A stretch of DNA of 64,000 nt, taken from the NCBI GenBank assembly GCA_051362555.1, contig CM120640.1, positions 18,600,001 through 18,664,000 on the forward strand, given 5' to 3'. Source of the stretch: Lingula anatina (Eukaryota > Animalia > Brachiopoda). Below are positions 42,810 to 57,278 of this stretch, piece by piece (the first letter of the stretch is position 1; each line of letters begins with the position of its first letter). The translations under genes were made by a program, and so were the position numbers. The notes beneath the pieces are model-generated. The model worked only from the letters and a program-made list of their open reading frames with translations, did no database searches and was not told the origin of the DNA.

Positions 42810-45380
42810 AGGGACTACTACCCCCCCCCCCCCCCCCCCAACCTCACCCTCAGTGTAACGGTTGTGATACTAAAAGGCAATCGTACAGGTAAACTTGTAT
42901 TTTCATCTGTTTATATTGTTTAGATCGTTAGGCGTTTTCGTGATTCATATGCCTTCCTTCATCCCTCTTATTTTCTAGTCACTTTCTTTTTGTAGAATCT
43001 AAGCACTATTCTTTATCATAATGTGGTTTTCTTGTGTTGTATTATAGAAATAAAAAAAAAATAATCATGTGAAGAACCAAAGCTTTTTGGAATATCAAAA
43101 TACTTATTAGTGTTAACGGTGTGTAAATACCTGTAACATGCATGTTCTTTGTTGCAATAACTGCAAGATATCAATTGCTTTTGATATTTTGTGAACGTGT
43201 TACATTTCATTTGTAGGCTACGGAAGGGCAATTTTCCTGAAATAATGCCTGAACGCAGATAATATCAATCCTAGCCTAAATGTCCAAGATGTGAAACACA
43301 ATATAGCGCTAGCAACGAGCCTCTGTAGCCACTTTCATTGATGATCGGACGTCCTAGCAGTCTTGGTTTTTAAGGACACGACTTGTCTGCAAAAAATTTT
43401 AGAGAATGTGGAACGGTAATGAAGAGCTATATACTGAATTTAAGAGGAATGCAATATAATAATGTACTCGTATCTTTTGGATGTTGAGAATTTTTGCGGT
43501 TCATGGGTCGCAGATATGAGTTGGGTGTAATTGTAATTGCATTTAGTAAGTTTTATTTTTTTCACTTATGACAGCGAAACGTTTTATTTCAATAGCTTAA
43601 GAAAAACTGATCATTCATAATTCCATAAGTGATCAATTGAATAAGATGAATTGTGGTTCTGTATAAAAAGCTTGTCTGCCTCTACAGTTATTATAATTAT
43701 TAAAAAAATAAAATTGAATATCCAGTTGCTTTATCCACATTCTAAATGCAGATGGTTTTTTGCTCACAAAACTGGTGTTACACCACTTATGGTCGGTTGT
43801 GTTTATTTCATTCTTAGTGATGTAGTCATTTTTCAAATTTGTGCTGTTGATGTGGAGTTGTTCGTCAGTATAGCGTTTGAGAAGATCATAATCCGCACAC
43901 TAATCTCAACTAACTATCGCATCTTTGTAAAATCTGACTTCATGTAAATGCTTTTACATGAAGAGATTTTACATTGACAGCTTGTGCAAAATCTATTATA
44001 ATGAAATATATTACGTTTGAGAAAATATTTCATTATATTTTTTGTACAGTCTGCTCCTCGTGAGGGATGGCTGGGTGCACACAGTCATCTCTCAAGATGG
44101 AGGATCGCAAATTATTAATATTACTAATATTATGATTTTCTCAAGTGTTATAATTGACAAATATGTCCAATTCATCACAAATGCACTTTTTTCTCCGGAT
44201 CGAAAAATTCACATTGAAATCTACATAGACGGCCATAAAGTGTAGTCTAATGTGAGATCTGAAATATTTCAAAGAGTTAGATGTCAGTTTGGTTTTAATC
44301 GTTGAGGTGTCTGAGTAATAATCATATTACCCGAACTTTTTTATGTTCATCATTAGAAAGAACTATGTTCAAGCTTTGATGGATGTTTTAAGTTGTAAAA
44401 GGGTTGTCGCTTTATTTATGACTTCATCCCCTGGATAAAGTTAAAATTAGCCTGTTTCCAGCCAGCTTCCAGCCACAAGAGCAGCATTATCGGACTTTAT
44501 GCGTTTTGATGTTAGATGATAAAGACAGGAATGGAAATCTTCAAACTTTAAATCATAGTAACATTTATTGATTAATTTCGTTTACATAATTCATTAATTA
44601 TTACTAAGGTACTTTTGAAATTGGATGTTACTGTATATAAAGATTGAATAAAAATTATATTCTCTAATTTTTCTTTTCGTTAAGAGGCTTGTACAGATGG
44701 CAAAATAACTACCAGACTTGCGAATTGATTTTAATGGACTTGCATGCATGTGCACGAGGCTCGTTTAATTATCATTCGAAATTGCATTCTATTCTATCCC
44801 CCTTATATCAATAAAATTTAAGTTTTGGCGATTTCTGGCAATCCAGTTTCTTCCATAAAACCAGGCAATGTCCTGGTAATAAATTGATATTTTTGGTTCT
44901 GGAAATAAAACTGCGGTGTTGCGGAACTTTTTTCTCCGTGAATAACTCTAGCCGATACCTAGCCTTTCCCGAGTCGGATTACAGCCCCTAGAAATTACTA
45001 GAATTTACTATCTTATATAAATTAAACGTAGATGTAAGAACTCGACACCTCTTTATGTTATTGAATAGGTACGTTAAGGTACTTTTGGTTTAATCTGATG
45101 TCCTATTTTCACCCATAGTGTATGTAAAACTTCTTTTTTTTTGTTATAAGATTTGACACATTTATTGGTAATTTCTCACGTGAGTTCTATACCAAGTCAA
45201 AACTGTAAGAAAACTGGCCATTCAGTTCAATTTAGTTGAGTAATATATTAGCATGCAAAGAACCCTCAACAAGACCCACGTATCGGCTGGCGTATACATG
45301 TAGTATAGTAGTATCTGATTTGATGTAATATAATGTTGACTTTAAACACAAGTCATTATGACAGTTAAATACACATGGCT

Positions 45381-46412
45381 TTAATTCATTTCCATTTGCT
45401 TTATTTGTTTATATCTGTATTGCGTCTTAAAGCATTCTTTGTTGACTTTTTGTCGCAGTTTTGACATTAGACCACATCGTAACAATAACAACACCGGAAA
45501 GTGGAAAGAAGCCAAAAACACTTCGTTCAGAAAGCCACAGAATTTGAACAGGAGTCTGTCACTTTTAACAGCTGGGTGATTTCTCTCTGAAATGAATGCA
45601 AATATTAAGTTAGTTGGCACTGATTTCCAAGGAAAAAAGTTTACACGAGGATAACAGATATGCTAGTTTTATTGCTATGAATTATCACTTTAACCCTGGA
45701 TTCATGTGTGTGTGTGGGTGACTTTTCAGAATTTCAGCATATTAGCACCTATGAAATAATCGTTTTGGTCCATTGATTTCAGTCTTGAATCCTAATTCTA
45801 CACATGATTCTTTATTACTAAAATCAGCAAAATTTAAATCAAAAATGATATAGCCGACTTTTTATTGACTTAAGGAAAACTGAATTAGATAAAGGCAAAG
45901 GCTAAATGATGGTGAATAATGAATTACCATGGGGCAACTCCTGCTCTATTATCCAGTGCCCTACACCGATGCTGATAACGACTCCCACCCCTATAACTGC
46001 TATTATAGCAAGTAAAGGAACAGGAGTTAATATGTACAGTTGGTGATATACTGTCAAGCCCCATATTACACTGTAGATGAACTGAAAAAAAAAAAGAATA
46101 TTTTTCAAGTCTGGAGTAAAGTCTTCAGTCACCAGAATACGAATGCATATGCCTATGAATTCATTTCTCGGATTATTCTCTTGTGTTCAATCTTTACTTT
46201 AAAACCTGTCAAACAATTATCATTCTGAAAATTGAATAACAGAAAAAAATGGCTCTCATCTTCTCACCCCACATTTGATATCTTGCGCCAGACAAAATAA
46301 CATTTTAGTGATCACTAATGCCACAACTATATCTTTGGGAATGAAATGCGCCAGCAGAGCTACGAATCCCCAGACTAAAATCGGATTGGCTATGGCATGG
46401 GCTATGACATTC
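45381..46412 (-). CDS. Divergent Mpo1/DUF962-like membrane protein; first coding exon not located
   Basis: In-phase exons 46412-46268, 46081-45928, 45586-45381. NVIAHAIANPILVW and GVGHWIIEQELP resemble the N..H.I.VP and IGH..FE...P His motifs of Mpo1-like proteins; multiple hydrophobic segments. Confidence 0.6.
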
Positions 46413-47523
46413 CTGAAGAAAGAAGATAATAAACAATAAGATACCAGGTAAAATAAAATGCTGGATGGAAGTTTATGGAATAAAATACATTCACTAATAT
46501 ACAGCAAATGACAAAACCGCAAAGCAGTAACTTAATTATTTAGGTCTTGGACTCAGTTTAGAATAAAATTGGGGCTTAGGCCCAGCTTTTATTTTTTACT
46601 AATTGTACAATATAGTGACTAGGACGTATCTTGATTACAGGTAAACTTATACTCTTACTAATTTGAAATAAGTTAAAGCCGACAGATAGTGTACAGTTGG
46701 ATCACAAGATAACGTGATGATTTCAAATTGTCATGACAGTACGGTACAGTTTACATAGCAAAAATCGAGTCAAGGTTACGGAGACCCACAGATTATTCCG
46801 TAGATTAGTAAATTGAAATTATTTGACATTTACCACTTTGTGACATTTACCACTTTGTGACCTACAGTGAGTTAACAAATAATGAAACAAACGTAATTCA
46901 CTTCACCAAGCAATATCAATACAAGCCATTATTACAACAAATAAAGATCATTTGATTAGGTCTTATGTCAAACTAATATTAATAGGCCTAAAATCGAAGA
47001 ACATTCGCCCTAATTTTTTTGTGGTCTTCCGTCCTAGCCGCCAATTGTCGTGGGAAGCTGAAAAAATAACTGTGCGTGTATCCTAGGGAAGGCATGCTGA
47101 CAGACTATGTAATGTGAGCAAAATATGTGTACTAGACGCGAGGTATACATTGTATTTGTATTGGTGGCACTGGGTTATTATGATAAGCGCACTGACATGT
47201 GGAGAGCTGTAGCTCAAAGGTTAGAGTCCTTCAACTGAATCATATCAGTGTTGGTGTCTCGTGCCTAAATTCCCATGTTTAAGAATCGCTTCGAAACATT
47301 CTTACTCAAACACAAAAGCATATGTTAAAATAAGACATTCTTGTACGAAACAGGACCTATTCACTCTTTACAACAGCCCAATGTTTTTGGCCTGCGAACA
47401 GGTAGGCCTACTGGTAGGCTACTTTAAAATAGAAGGCATTCAAAGTTAAAACATAGGCCCTAAACGTAGCCTAAATACACTTTCTTATCTGAGAGCATTT
47501 TATTTCACAAAAATTAATAATAT

Positions 47524-47562
47524 GACCATCATTCCATCACCACAATAATAATAATAATAATA

Positions 47563-47594
<32 letters not shown>

Positions 47595-47609
47595 GGTGGA
47601 ATGGTGGTC
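47524..47609. repeat. Palindromic (AAT)n-(ATT)n microsatellite with inverted flanks
   Basis: GACCATCATTCCA...(AAT)n(TAT)n...TGGAATGGTGGTC. Confidence 0.85.
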
Positions 47610-47820
47610 TTTCGAACTAATAACTCGCACCGTGCAAGTATTGGATTAACGCGTCGCTAACGCATAGATCTAAATATCTTTGGGAAAGAACAAAGCTTTT
47701 AGATAATAAAATAAGATTCGCTAAAATAAATAGCCTATGTATTCATTGGAACGGTGCCTCGCAACCTAATATTGCGGTAGTTGAGATTCACGCAAGCGCA
47801 ACTGTACACCGGAAAATAAC

Positions 47821-50800
47821 ATGGCGGACAACGTGGCCGACCAAGTGGCAGCCGACGTTCAACAAATGAGTGTACAAGGAAAGAAAAAGGCATGATCTTA
47901 TGATACTTTTGAAAGTTAGATATGCTAGCCAAGACCAATTTGTTACGAATAACCAAGAGAATAGGATACAGCTTCTTCAAAAACATGAACGGGGTTGGTG
48001 AACTATTCCTTCCACATCGGCCGTCATTAAAATTGCTCATTGATTAGTTGACTCATGGCATGCTTTTATATCAGTTTACTTCAAAATAGGCGTTTTTATA
48101 ATACGCATTTTCTGTCGGAAAATATTTACCAATTTCTTGATTGATGGTGTTTTTAACATCACTAGCGTGGCAACCGGTCTTGTCGCTGCTTAGTGGGATA
48201 CTGTATTTGAATAGGAAAACATTGCATCATCCACTGTAGACGGAGTCAAAATCTGGATGCTTGACCCCAACAAGTCTAAGAATTGATGCAACCTAACTAC
48301 AGCTGTAATTAGTTTTGGTGTTCTCACCTCCCACTAAAGATAAGGCACTGCCTTGTGCATTACTCATCTCGGCCAGTGGCTGATGAAATTCATGAATCTG
48401 ACAGGGTATATTTGATATATAGTATTTAACCAGGAAATTGTGAAAAATTGTCATTGGTTTTACTGAGAGAAGCCGCGGCAGCAGTGGAAACCTAAGGACG
48501 ATAGCTATCTGAAAGTAGTTGGATTTTAAACAAAAATTTGCTTTTGGTGGCTTGGAGGAAGTGAGCAACAAAAACCATGACTGATGTATGCACTTGTTTG
48601 CTTTCAGTCAATTTTTTGTATACTTTAATTGATTGGTCATAATCCCTTTAGTTATTGGAATGGTCATTTTATCTGTATTTTGATTCATAAAAGGGTAGTA
48701 CTACACATTCTTGTAAAAAGGTAGGATTGGGATTGTTTTACTTGGGGATTAAAATCAATGTAAATTTTACATGTTTACGTATAAAAAGACTTCAGTTTAG
48801 ACAGATGTTTGGTCTAACAAGGTAACTTAAATATTAACATTGGATAAAATAAAATAGGCAGTTTCTTTTTTGGTTGTTACACATACAATATCTGTGTTCC
48901 CATATTCACAATTTTGTGTTAACAAGGTTCTGTATCCATTTATTTCAGACACAAGCAAAACAGCAAAATGAGGGCAAAAAAGCCAAGCAGAAGGGTGCTG
49001 GAGATCAACCGATAGAGGTAGCTTATGATCATTTATGTGTCAGTCAGATATTTCTAAATGCATGTCTGTCACTATTTGTTAATATTCCCTTTTAAAGATT
49101 ACAGTGGTGTTTCTAAATTAAGTTTGAGTTATAAGTGCTGTGATGTAAAGTCTGCCAGGTGAAAATGTTTCAAAAAGTTTCATGAATTAAAGTGGATGTT
49201 TTCAGCTCGACCCACGCCCAGATTTCATAGAGCATCGCCAGAAGTTATGGGACAAGTTAAAGTCAGAGTATGATTCATGGGTTGCTGCACAAGAGCCGCA
49301 ACCTATCAAAGTGACTCTGCCAGATGGGAAAGTTGTAGATGGGCAGTCATGGCGCACAACACCATATGAAGTAGCCAGGGGAATAAGGTATGTAAACTGA
49401 CTGGAGTCATACTTTTTTGTATGCTATGGTACTGTCGCAGATTCAGTTTTAGCCTATGCCATCTTTTAAATATATATACCACTCTCTTACATATAAACCT
49501 CTTCGGTCAAGTATTTATTTTGTTTGTTCTGTTTTTGCATTGTTTCTAGCCAAGGCCTCGCCGACAATGCTGTCATTTCCAAAGTCAATGGTGAACTGTG
49601 GGACTTGGACAGACCATTGGAGAAAGATGCTCAGCTAGAGATCATCAAATTTGATGATGAAGAAGGTAAGCACTGATGACTGGTCATAATGCTGCTCAAG
49701 ATAATATCCAAGTATTTCTTAAGTGAAGAAAAAAATATTTGACAATGATTAAATTTATCAAGTGACACAAGACCACACAACTCTGGAGTTATGGGACTAA
49801 ATGCAGATCAGCTTGGCCATTTCTGTTTGTTTATAAAGATATTACAAGAGACTGTTGCTGAAGTTTAAATAACATTAACCGGGTAAAATACATTAACTGC
49901 AAATTTCATATTTTCTCAAATTAATTTCTTTTTCAGGTCAATATGTGTTCTGGCACTCCAGTGCTCACATGATGGGGGAGGCTATGGAGAGACACTATGG
50001 AGGGCATCTATGCTATGGCCCACCCATTGAGAATGGCTTTTATTACGATATGTGGGCACCTGACAGGTAAGTTCATGGCAAAGTACATATTGCAATTGCC
50101 TTTGTGTTTCTATGTACATGTGCTGTTATTTTAATGCATATTGGCATCACATCTGTGTTACCAGAAAAAGTGTAAAGGTATGTCATCTGGGTGTCAACTT
50201 CATCTTTAGAAACTTTCAAAAAGTCCAGTCACAGAACACTTCATGTTGATGAACTAAAAGCTAAAAGCCATGCAAGTGAAATGAAAGAAAGGTTCATTGC
50301 ACTTCCCTGGCAAATGCAACATGATCTTTCATAAAAGAGATTTGGGCTTTAATTTGATTTCAACAGATGATCCGCTTAGTCATTGTATTATTTTTTTGAA
50401 ATCATTATGAAATTGCATTTGCCTCAAAAAGAATGAAATGTTTCGTTTTGGAAGGGTTGTGTCAGAAAAAGACTATCCAGCACTGGAGCAGATTGTGAAG
50501 TCTATTCAGAAAGACAAACAGCCATTTGAAAGGCTAGAAATGAAGAAGGAAGATCTTCTGGAAATGTTTAAGGTATTTTCTTCACTTTTATACCCACAAA
50601 ATGATTTTTTGTCATCAAATTCAAATTGTGGAAACACTATTAAAGTCAAGTTTTCAGGTAAGATAAGAACAAAAATATTTCTGAAAGTTTATCTGAAATT
50701 ATTTCAGTTTATAAGAATAAAGTAATGGAGGGAAAAAGTGCAGTTGTAAATTTACAGTTCTCCTTTTCAGTACAATGAATTCAAGCAGAGGATCATCAAT

Positions 50801-53800
50801 GAGAAAGTGACCACCCCCACCACCACTGTATACAGGTGGGCTCCACAGCTTTACCTTTCTCTCAGAATTGTTATTGGTTTTTTATTTAATCTTTAGAATA
50901 ATATTTTGATATATATTTAGTAAATATCGATCCACAAACTGAACTTATTACAGTAAGTTATGTCATTGTTAAGAACCTTCAAAATAGTAGGTTAAATTTT
51001 GATTTGGTGTCTTATTGCAGATGTGGTCCCTTAATTGACCTGTGTCGAGGGCCTCACGTCAGGCACACTGGCAAGGTAAAAGCCTTTGCCATAACCAAAA
51101 GTTCTGCGACTTACTGGGAGGGTAACTCTGAGGCAGAAAGTCTCCAACGTCTCTATGGAATTTCTTTTCCTGATACCAAACAACTAAAGGAATGGAAACA
51201 GTTTCAGGAGGAGGCAGCTAAGAGGGACCACAGGAAGATTGGGAGAGTAAGTAGACTTTTAAATTAAACGCTGTGCTTTGGAATTCTGTAATGAATTGTT
51301 TGCTTTGTTTATTTATTCACATTTTATGAAAAAACATGAAAATATAAGATTCATTCTCAACGGATGAATGTTTGAAGAGAAACTTTAAAATGTTGCAGTT
51401 TGACATTTGCGTTTGTCACCTTGCAGCCCTGCAAAATATATGGGGAAAGTCATGCAAGCTGTCAAATTTGCGATGTTTTGTGTGTGTAAAATATAACCTT
51501 ATGAAATTGATGTTCACTTGTTTTGTATAAAAACGGTTTGGATGCATTCAATCTCATTGGAAATAACATTATTTTTTAGGAACAAGAATTGTTCTTTTTC
51601 CATGAAATGAGTCCTGGAAGTGCATTCTTCCTACCGCGTGGCGCTCACATCTATAACACACTTGTAGATTTTATCAAGGTGAGATGGGATGCTTGGGTTT
51701 TAATTATTCAAAAACACCTTTATACATGACAATTAAAATCAAGAATTCTCAAAAGGGGTGAAAAAGGTAAAAATCAGTCAGTAAGCTTCTACCCTTGAAA
51801 ATTCAATAAATTTGTCTTTAAGATTCAGAAATTGATTAATTGCCCTGATAATAATTTAAAGACATTCAAACAGAGTTAAAGGCAGATATTGTGGATAAGT
51901 ATCAACTTCTTTCTTGGACGTGATATCTATACAGTATTTTTGTAATCCTTTCAGACTGAATACAGGAAGCGTGGTTTTACTGAGGTGGTGAGCCCCAATA
52001 TCTACAGCAGTCGTCTCTGGGAGACCTCTGGCCACTGGCAGCACTATTCTGACAACATGTTTAAGTTTGATGTGGAGAAGGAACAGTATGGTCTGAAACC
52101 TATGAACTGTCCAGGACACTGGTGAGTTTAATGAAGTGAAATCGGTCAAAATTGAAAGAATTTAGCAGAAAGACTGATAACATTTTCTGACAATGTACAG
52201 ATTAGGGTGATCAGTAAGTTTTTTTTTTTTTTTTTTTTTGTCATAAACTACAGTAAATACCTTTTACAGTTCAATTTTCGAGTTTCAAAATTCATTTAAA
52301 AAAGGAAAAATGATATACATAAAAACAATGAATTTAAATACAGCTGTTCAAAGTAGTTTTATTAAGTTGAATTATAATGGCTTTCTCCTGCTTTCTCTGT
52401 CCACAGTCTTATGTTTGATCACCGACCCAGATCATGGAGAGAGCTTCCAGTGAGGTTAGCTGACTTTGGTGTGCTGCACAGGAATGAGTTGTCAGGTGCT
52501 CTCTCTGGACTGACCAGAGTCCGAAGGTTCCAGCAAGATGATGCCCATATCTTCTGCAGGTTTGATCAGGTATGTGTTAGGAGTTTATTAGTTTGAAAAG
52601 TATTTTATTATTATGAGCCATATATTTATTCTGCTGATTATTTATAATTTATATATGCAGCTTTCAGTCTTTTATTTCTGCACATTTCTTTGTTTGGTTC
52701 AGTGTTGTATTTCTGCACATGTGATCTTGAATTGTAGAAATGATAACAGGCTTGTTAATACGTGTCATTCATGTCTCTGTATGGTTTTGATTATGATGTA
52801 TTATTCTTCAGCTCGAGGAAGAAATTGGTGGTTGCTTAGACTTCTTGCAGTTTGTATATGGCAAGTTCGGGTTTAGCTTCAAACTATATCTCTCCACCAG
52901 ACCTGACAAGTACCTTGGAGAAATCGAGGTGTGGGATAAAGCTGAGAAGGTAAGATGCTGTTCTGGATAACATTTAAATTGTTTCTGTAATCCATATAAT
53001 AAGTAAAAATCATCACAGTCAGCAAAAGAAGTGTAGAGTGAGTAATTAAGATGTACCATTTTTCTCGCTTTGATTTAGTGCTTTTGTAATTGGTCATTGT
53101 ATTAATTTTTTGTTTTCAAAATAATGACTTAAATTTTTATTTTTAGCAACTTGCAGACAGCTTGGACAGGTGTGGCATCCCATGGAAACTGAACCCAGGG
53201 GATGGTGCATTCTATGGACCAAAGGTAAAGTTTTTTTCTCAAGTAATGTCATTTATGGAAACCCAGTTACATTATCAATGATACATTTTTAAAATATCAT
53301 ACAGATTTGAATAAGTAGTATCTTTTTGGCTTGTTTGAGTTTTTTTTACAAAATCTTTTTTCCCTTGAAAAAGTACAAAATTGTGCGCTAAACCACTAAA
53401 TGAATTGGGACTAAACATCATGAAACTTGTTTTAATTCCATCTTAGATTGATATCACTATCATGGATGCCCTAAAAAGATCCCACCAATGTGCCACCATA
53501 CAGTTGGACTTTCAGCTACCAGAGAGGTTTAACTTGACTTACGTTAGGTAAGCAGTGGAAAATTTGCTATTGTGGATACCACTGACCAGAGAAATATGAT
53601 TTTGCTAATATTCATTTCAATTGTATCATACTTACCCTTTTATATGGGATGTCAAAATTGGTTTAAATGCGTTAGTTATATATTTTCTAAGCACAGTTTT
53701 TACACATAATATAAATGGAAATGTATAAGATTGTATATTGTAAATTGCAAATTGAAAAGAGTCTTATCTTAGTATTTATTTCTTTAAAATACACTATGTG

Positions 53801-55000
53801 TGTTTCAGTGCTGTTTACATTAAAACTAAGGAGAGTTTAAAACCTTGAATAAAGAATATCCAGTTGAAAGTCGGAAACTAAATATAAACATGTTTAAAAT
53901 TCTTTTTCATATCAACAGCGAAGCAGCAGATGGAGAGAAGAAACGACCTGTGATCATTCACCGTGCTATCCTAGGTTCTGTGGAAAGGATGATTGCCATT
54001 TTGTGTGAAAATTATGGTGGAAAATGGCCATTCTGGTTGTCTCCAAGACAGTCTATTGTGATTCCAGTAGCATCACCATTTGATGACTATGCAAAGAAGG
54101 TAATTTTCCAAGTCGTGTATTAAAAGTGGTATTGCCCTATCTTCATCCTTAATTCTAATCCTATGACAGCAGGATAAAGCAGTGGCTATTATAAAAATCT
54201 TTAAAGGCAATCTATATATGGAATTTAAATATGTTCTCTATTGCTTGAGCCCTCCTTTAGTTTATCTTTAAAAATATGTCATTTATGTTGACTCCTTTTA
54301 AAATTTGTTTGCAGGTTAAAAAAGAGATCCATGACAGTGGATTTAATTGTGACTTAGACTTGGATCCTGGCACCACCATGAATAAGAAGATCAGGAATGC
54401 ACAACTTGCACAGTACAACTTTATCTTTGGTCAGTATTTATAATTTATTAAAGGTCTCTAGGAATGACATTGTGTCTATAGTATAAACAATCTTTACTTG
54501 ACAAATAAAGAACTGCAGAAAATATTTGATAACAGGTCGTTACTCAGTTGTATACTGGATTCATCTATGATTGTGCCAAAGAAATGCTAGATCCATTTGA
54601 TCTCAAAAGAACTTAACTAACCACAAAAATTAAATATTACTAGTAAAATTTAAAATGACTTTATTTTGACTGTCTACCTTTGTGTCAACAAACGGTAACC
54701 TTTATGAGATACTGCAATTTATAATGTAGGTTTTCCTGAAGTGAATATATCAGGGAAACTCACAAAAGATAAAATTTGATAAATTTGCTTTTAGTTTTCC
54801 AGTAACATTTGTAATATGTGTTTGTGAAGTTAATTCATTCTTTACTGGTTTCAGTTGTTGGAGAGAAGGAACAGCTGAACAACACTGTCAATGTCCGTAC
54901 CAGAGACAACCAGGTGCATGGAGAACACTCATTAGAACATGTCATCGAGCGTTTCAAGAATTTTGCTGAAACCAAAGTGGAAAGCAAAGATGAATTTTAA
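47821..55000 (+). CDS. TARS1: Cytoplasmic threonyl-tRNA synthetase
   Basis: About 17 exons. TGS domain ([24 protein letters not shown]), editing domain (FWHSSAH, DLCRGPH), core ([46 protein letters not shown]) and anticodon-binding domain. Intron 1 probably uses a GC donor at 47890. Confidence 0.97.
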
Positions 55001-55946
55001 TTGCAAGGAGCTGGGAAAAGACATGCAAATCGTTTTGTGCAAGAAAGTGAAAATTGCCATTCTTAAGTAGAATTCCAGGAAACTGGTATAACATAGATTG
55101 CTTATGACAATTCCCACTTCCTTTAAAGTAGAACAGCCATCATTCAATCAGAAAGAAGATCCAGCACATGCCTTAGAACTTGATGGTGGTCACATATCTG
55201 ATTCATTCAATTTAATAATAGCATCCAGCTTAAAAAACGTGAAGAGAATATGTAACATTTATTTTGCACCGAGGACGAACACTTTGGTGTGCTTCTGAGA
55301 CTTGCATTTTTCTGTGGATTTAAAAAACATGATGTAATTTGAGACATTTTCAAAAACAAAAAAAAAAAAAAACTTGTGAATTAGATGTTGTCTTCTGTGT
55401 AAATGGTTTTGTTTGCGTCTGTCATATTTATTTCAAAGGGAACTAATTATTACACCCCTCTTCTGTAATTGACGGTGTCTTAGATCATAGCCAAAGGACA
55501 TTTCGTGCTTGCTAGGGTGCCAGCGTAAACCATGAATTGCCGTTTACGGATTAAATTTTTTTACAGGCACCTGTTATTGAAGATAAAATGAAACTAAGTA
55601 AAAATTAATCAGCTGTCAATAAATTTTGCATGATACAATCCTGTCGTTAGTAGTTAATTTATTCAAAATATTTGCAATTGATTTATTTACAGTTACTGAA
55701 ACAACAGGTGGTTTATTGCGATTCTGCCTAGGGAGGGTTGGTATTAAGTAGGAGCATATTTATGTCATGAACGATGACAACGACAGCACAAAGTTTAGAT
55801 TATTAGATAACGTATTAAAATGGATTCAGTGCCGAGGTCCAAAAACTATCATCCAGCTGAAACGACCAGGGTTGTATGAGTAATGATGCCGACTCTGCCA
55901 CTCCTATACAAATGACACTGATACAAGAACAAAATGTATGACATGG

Positions 55947-57278
55947 TCAGAGTTTAGACTTTGGATTAATATCAAAAGTTAATTGTCTGAGAAATGTGTC
56001 CAAGGTTTGAATATAGTCTGCAGTGTGCTGCTTCAAGTGTCCAGCATGCTTAGATCTTTCCCAACATTTGTGGGTAACTGACATGCCCAGTTTGTTCCAT
56101 GTATCAATAATATCTGCCATCGAATCTGGATCACACATTGGATCATCTAGGGAGTAAAATAGTAAGGCTGGAGACCTATGTGGCTTCTCCTTAAACAAGG
56201 CTATCAATTTGTCATACTGTGCCACAGTATGGCTATGGGTTAGGGCAAAATAGGTCAAAATGGAGCCCTTGATTGAGGAACTCAAGGTTTGGTTATTGGT
56301 GATTGATTTGGCAATTCCAAGTGCCATCCTCTGCACGCTGCCAACAGTGAGACTATCATAGACTTGGCCACAGATTTGTTGCTCTAACTGTTTGTATTTC
56401 TGTGGATTCATTATCATCTGCATGAGGCAAACTGTGAAGAAGTATGCTCCTATTGACAATCCATGAATAAGGAGAGGGCGGTGAATGTGATGTTTCTTTG
56501 TGTAGTCTAAAACCTCCGCAGCCAGAGGCCCAGCACTCTCAGGCCATAAGAAATGCTTAGCAGAACTTGAGACAATCAAAACATCCATGCCCCTTTCATG
56601 ATAAATATCACAATATTTCTGCACTGCAGCTGCTTTGGCATTCATCCATGGAAAAAACAATACCAGAGGCCTAGCTTTACCTCCGCTTTGGTTTTTAGTC
56701 TGATCTATCGTTTGCCTCAATATCAGGTGATCTGATATCTTGATCTTTTCCATTTCAGAGGTAGATAGTGAGGAATAAAATTTGCTTGTGAGTCCCAGTT
56801 TGTTAATCTAAATTGAAAGAAAAAAAAATTACATTGGAATTCTTTATTCAAGGTGCATATGATCTGTTATTGAACTCCTTGAGCAAAATGCTAGCCCAAC
56901 AAATTTAAAAGCAAGTACTAGCAGTGCCAGCAGCCCACACAATGCAGTTAAAACTTGAAAATTTAAATGTTGAGGAGAGAAACTTTCCTGAGAAGAGTGC
57001 AGACCTATAGACAGGTTGGTCCAATTTTTAACCGTACTAGCAACGCTAAGTACCTCGCAAACTGAGAAAAACATGCAGATACTAGTAGCGCAAGGTGTTG
57101 TGTTTTTACAGGATTTTGAGTGAGCACTTTCTTCAAAGTCATCGCCCTCTACCAACATCACACGAAAAGAGGCCTCTCATAAATGAATCAAGTAACCTAT
57201 ACCGATTACGAAAACTGTCAAACTTGCCTGTATCACCCTTGTACCACCAAACACGCAGTATTTACCGAAACGAAACAT
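55947..57278 (-). CDS. TMEM53/DUF829-like alpha/beta-hydrolase-fold protein
   Basis: Main exon 56807-55947: PLVLFFPWM, KYCDIY, IHGLSIGAY, QVYDS, FYSLDDPMC, WERSKHAGHLKQH. Putative exon 1 at 57278-57228 joins in phase 0 via CAG|GCAAGT. Confidence 0.85.

Noticed and set aside
47201-47265. tRNA gene (TAGCTCAAAGGTTAGAG A-box)
   Set aside because: No GTTCRA B-box or cloverleaf; at most a decayed SINE head.
48380-48520. CTGATGA...GAAAC hammerhead or C/D snoRNA in TARS1 intron 1
   Set aside because: Required helices and box spacing are not present.
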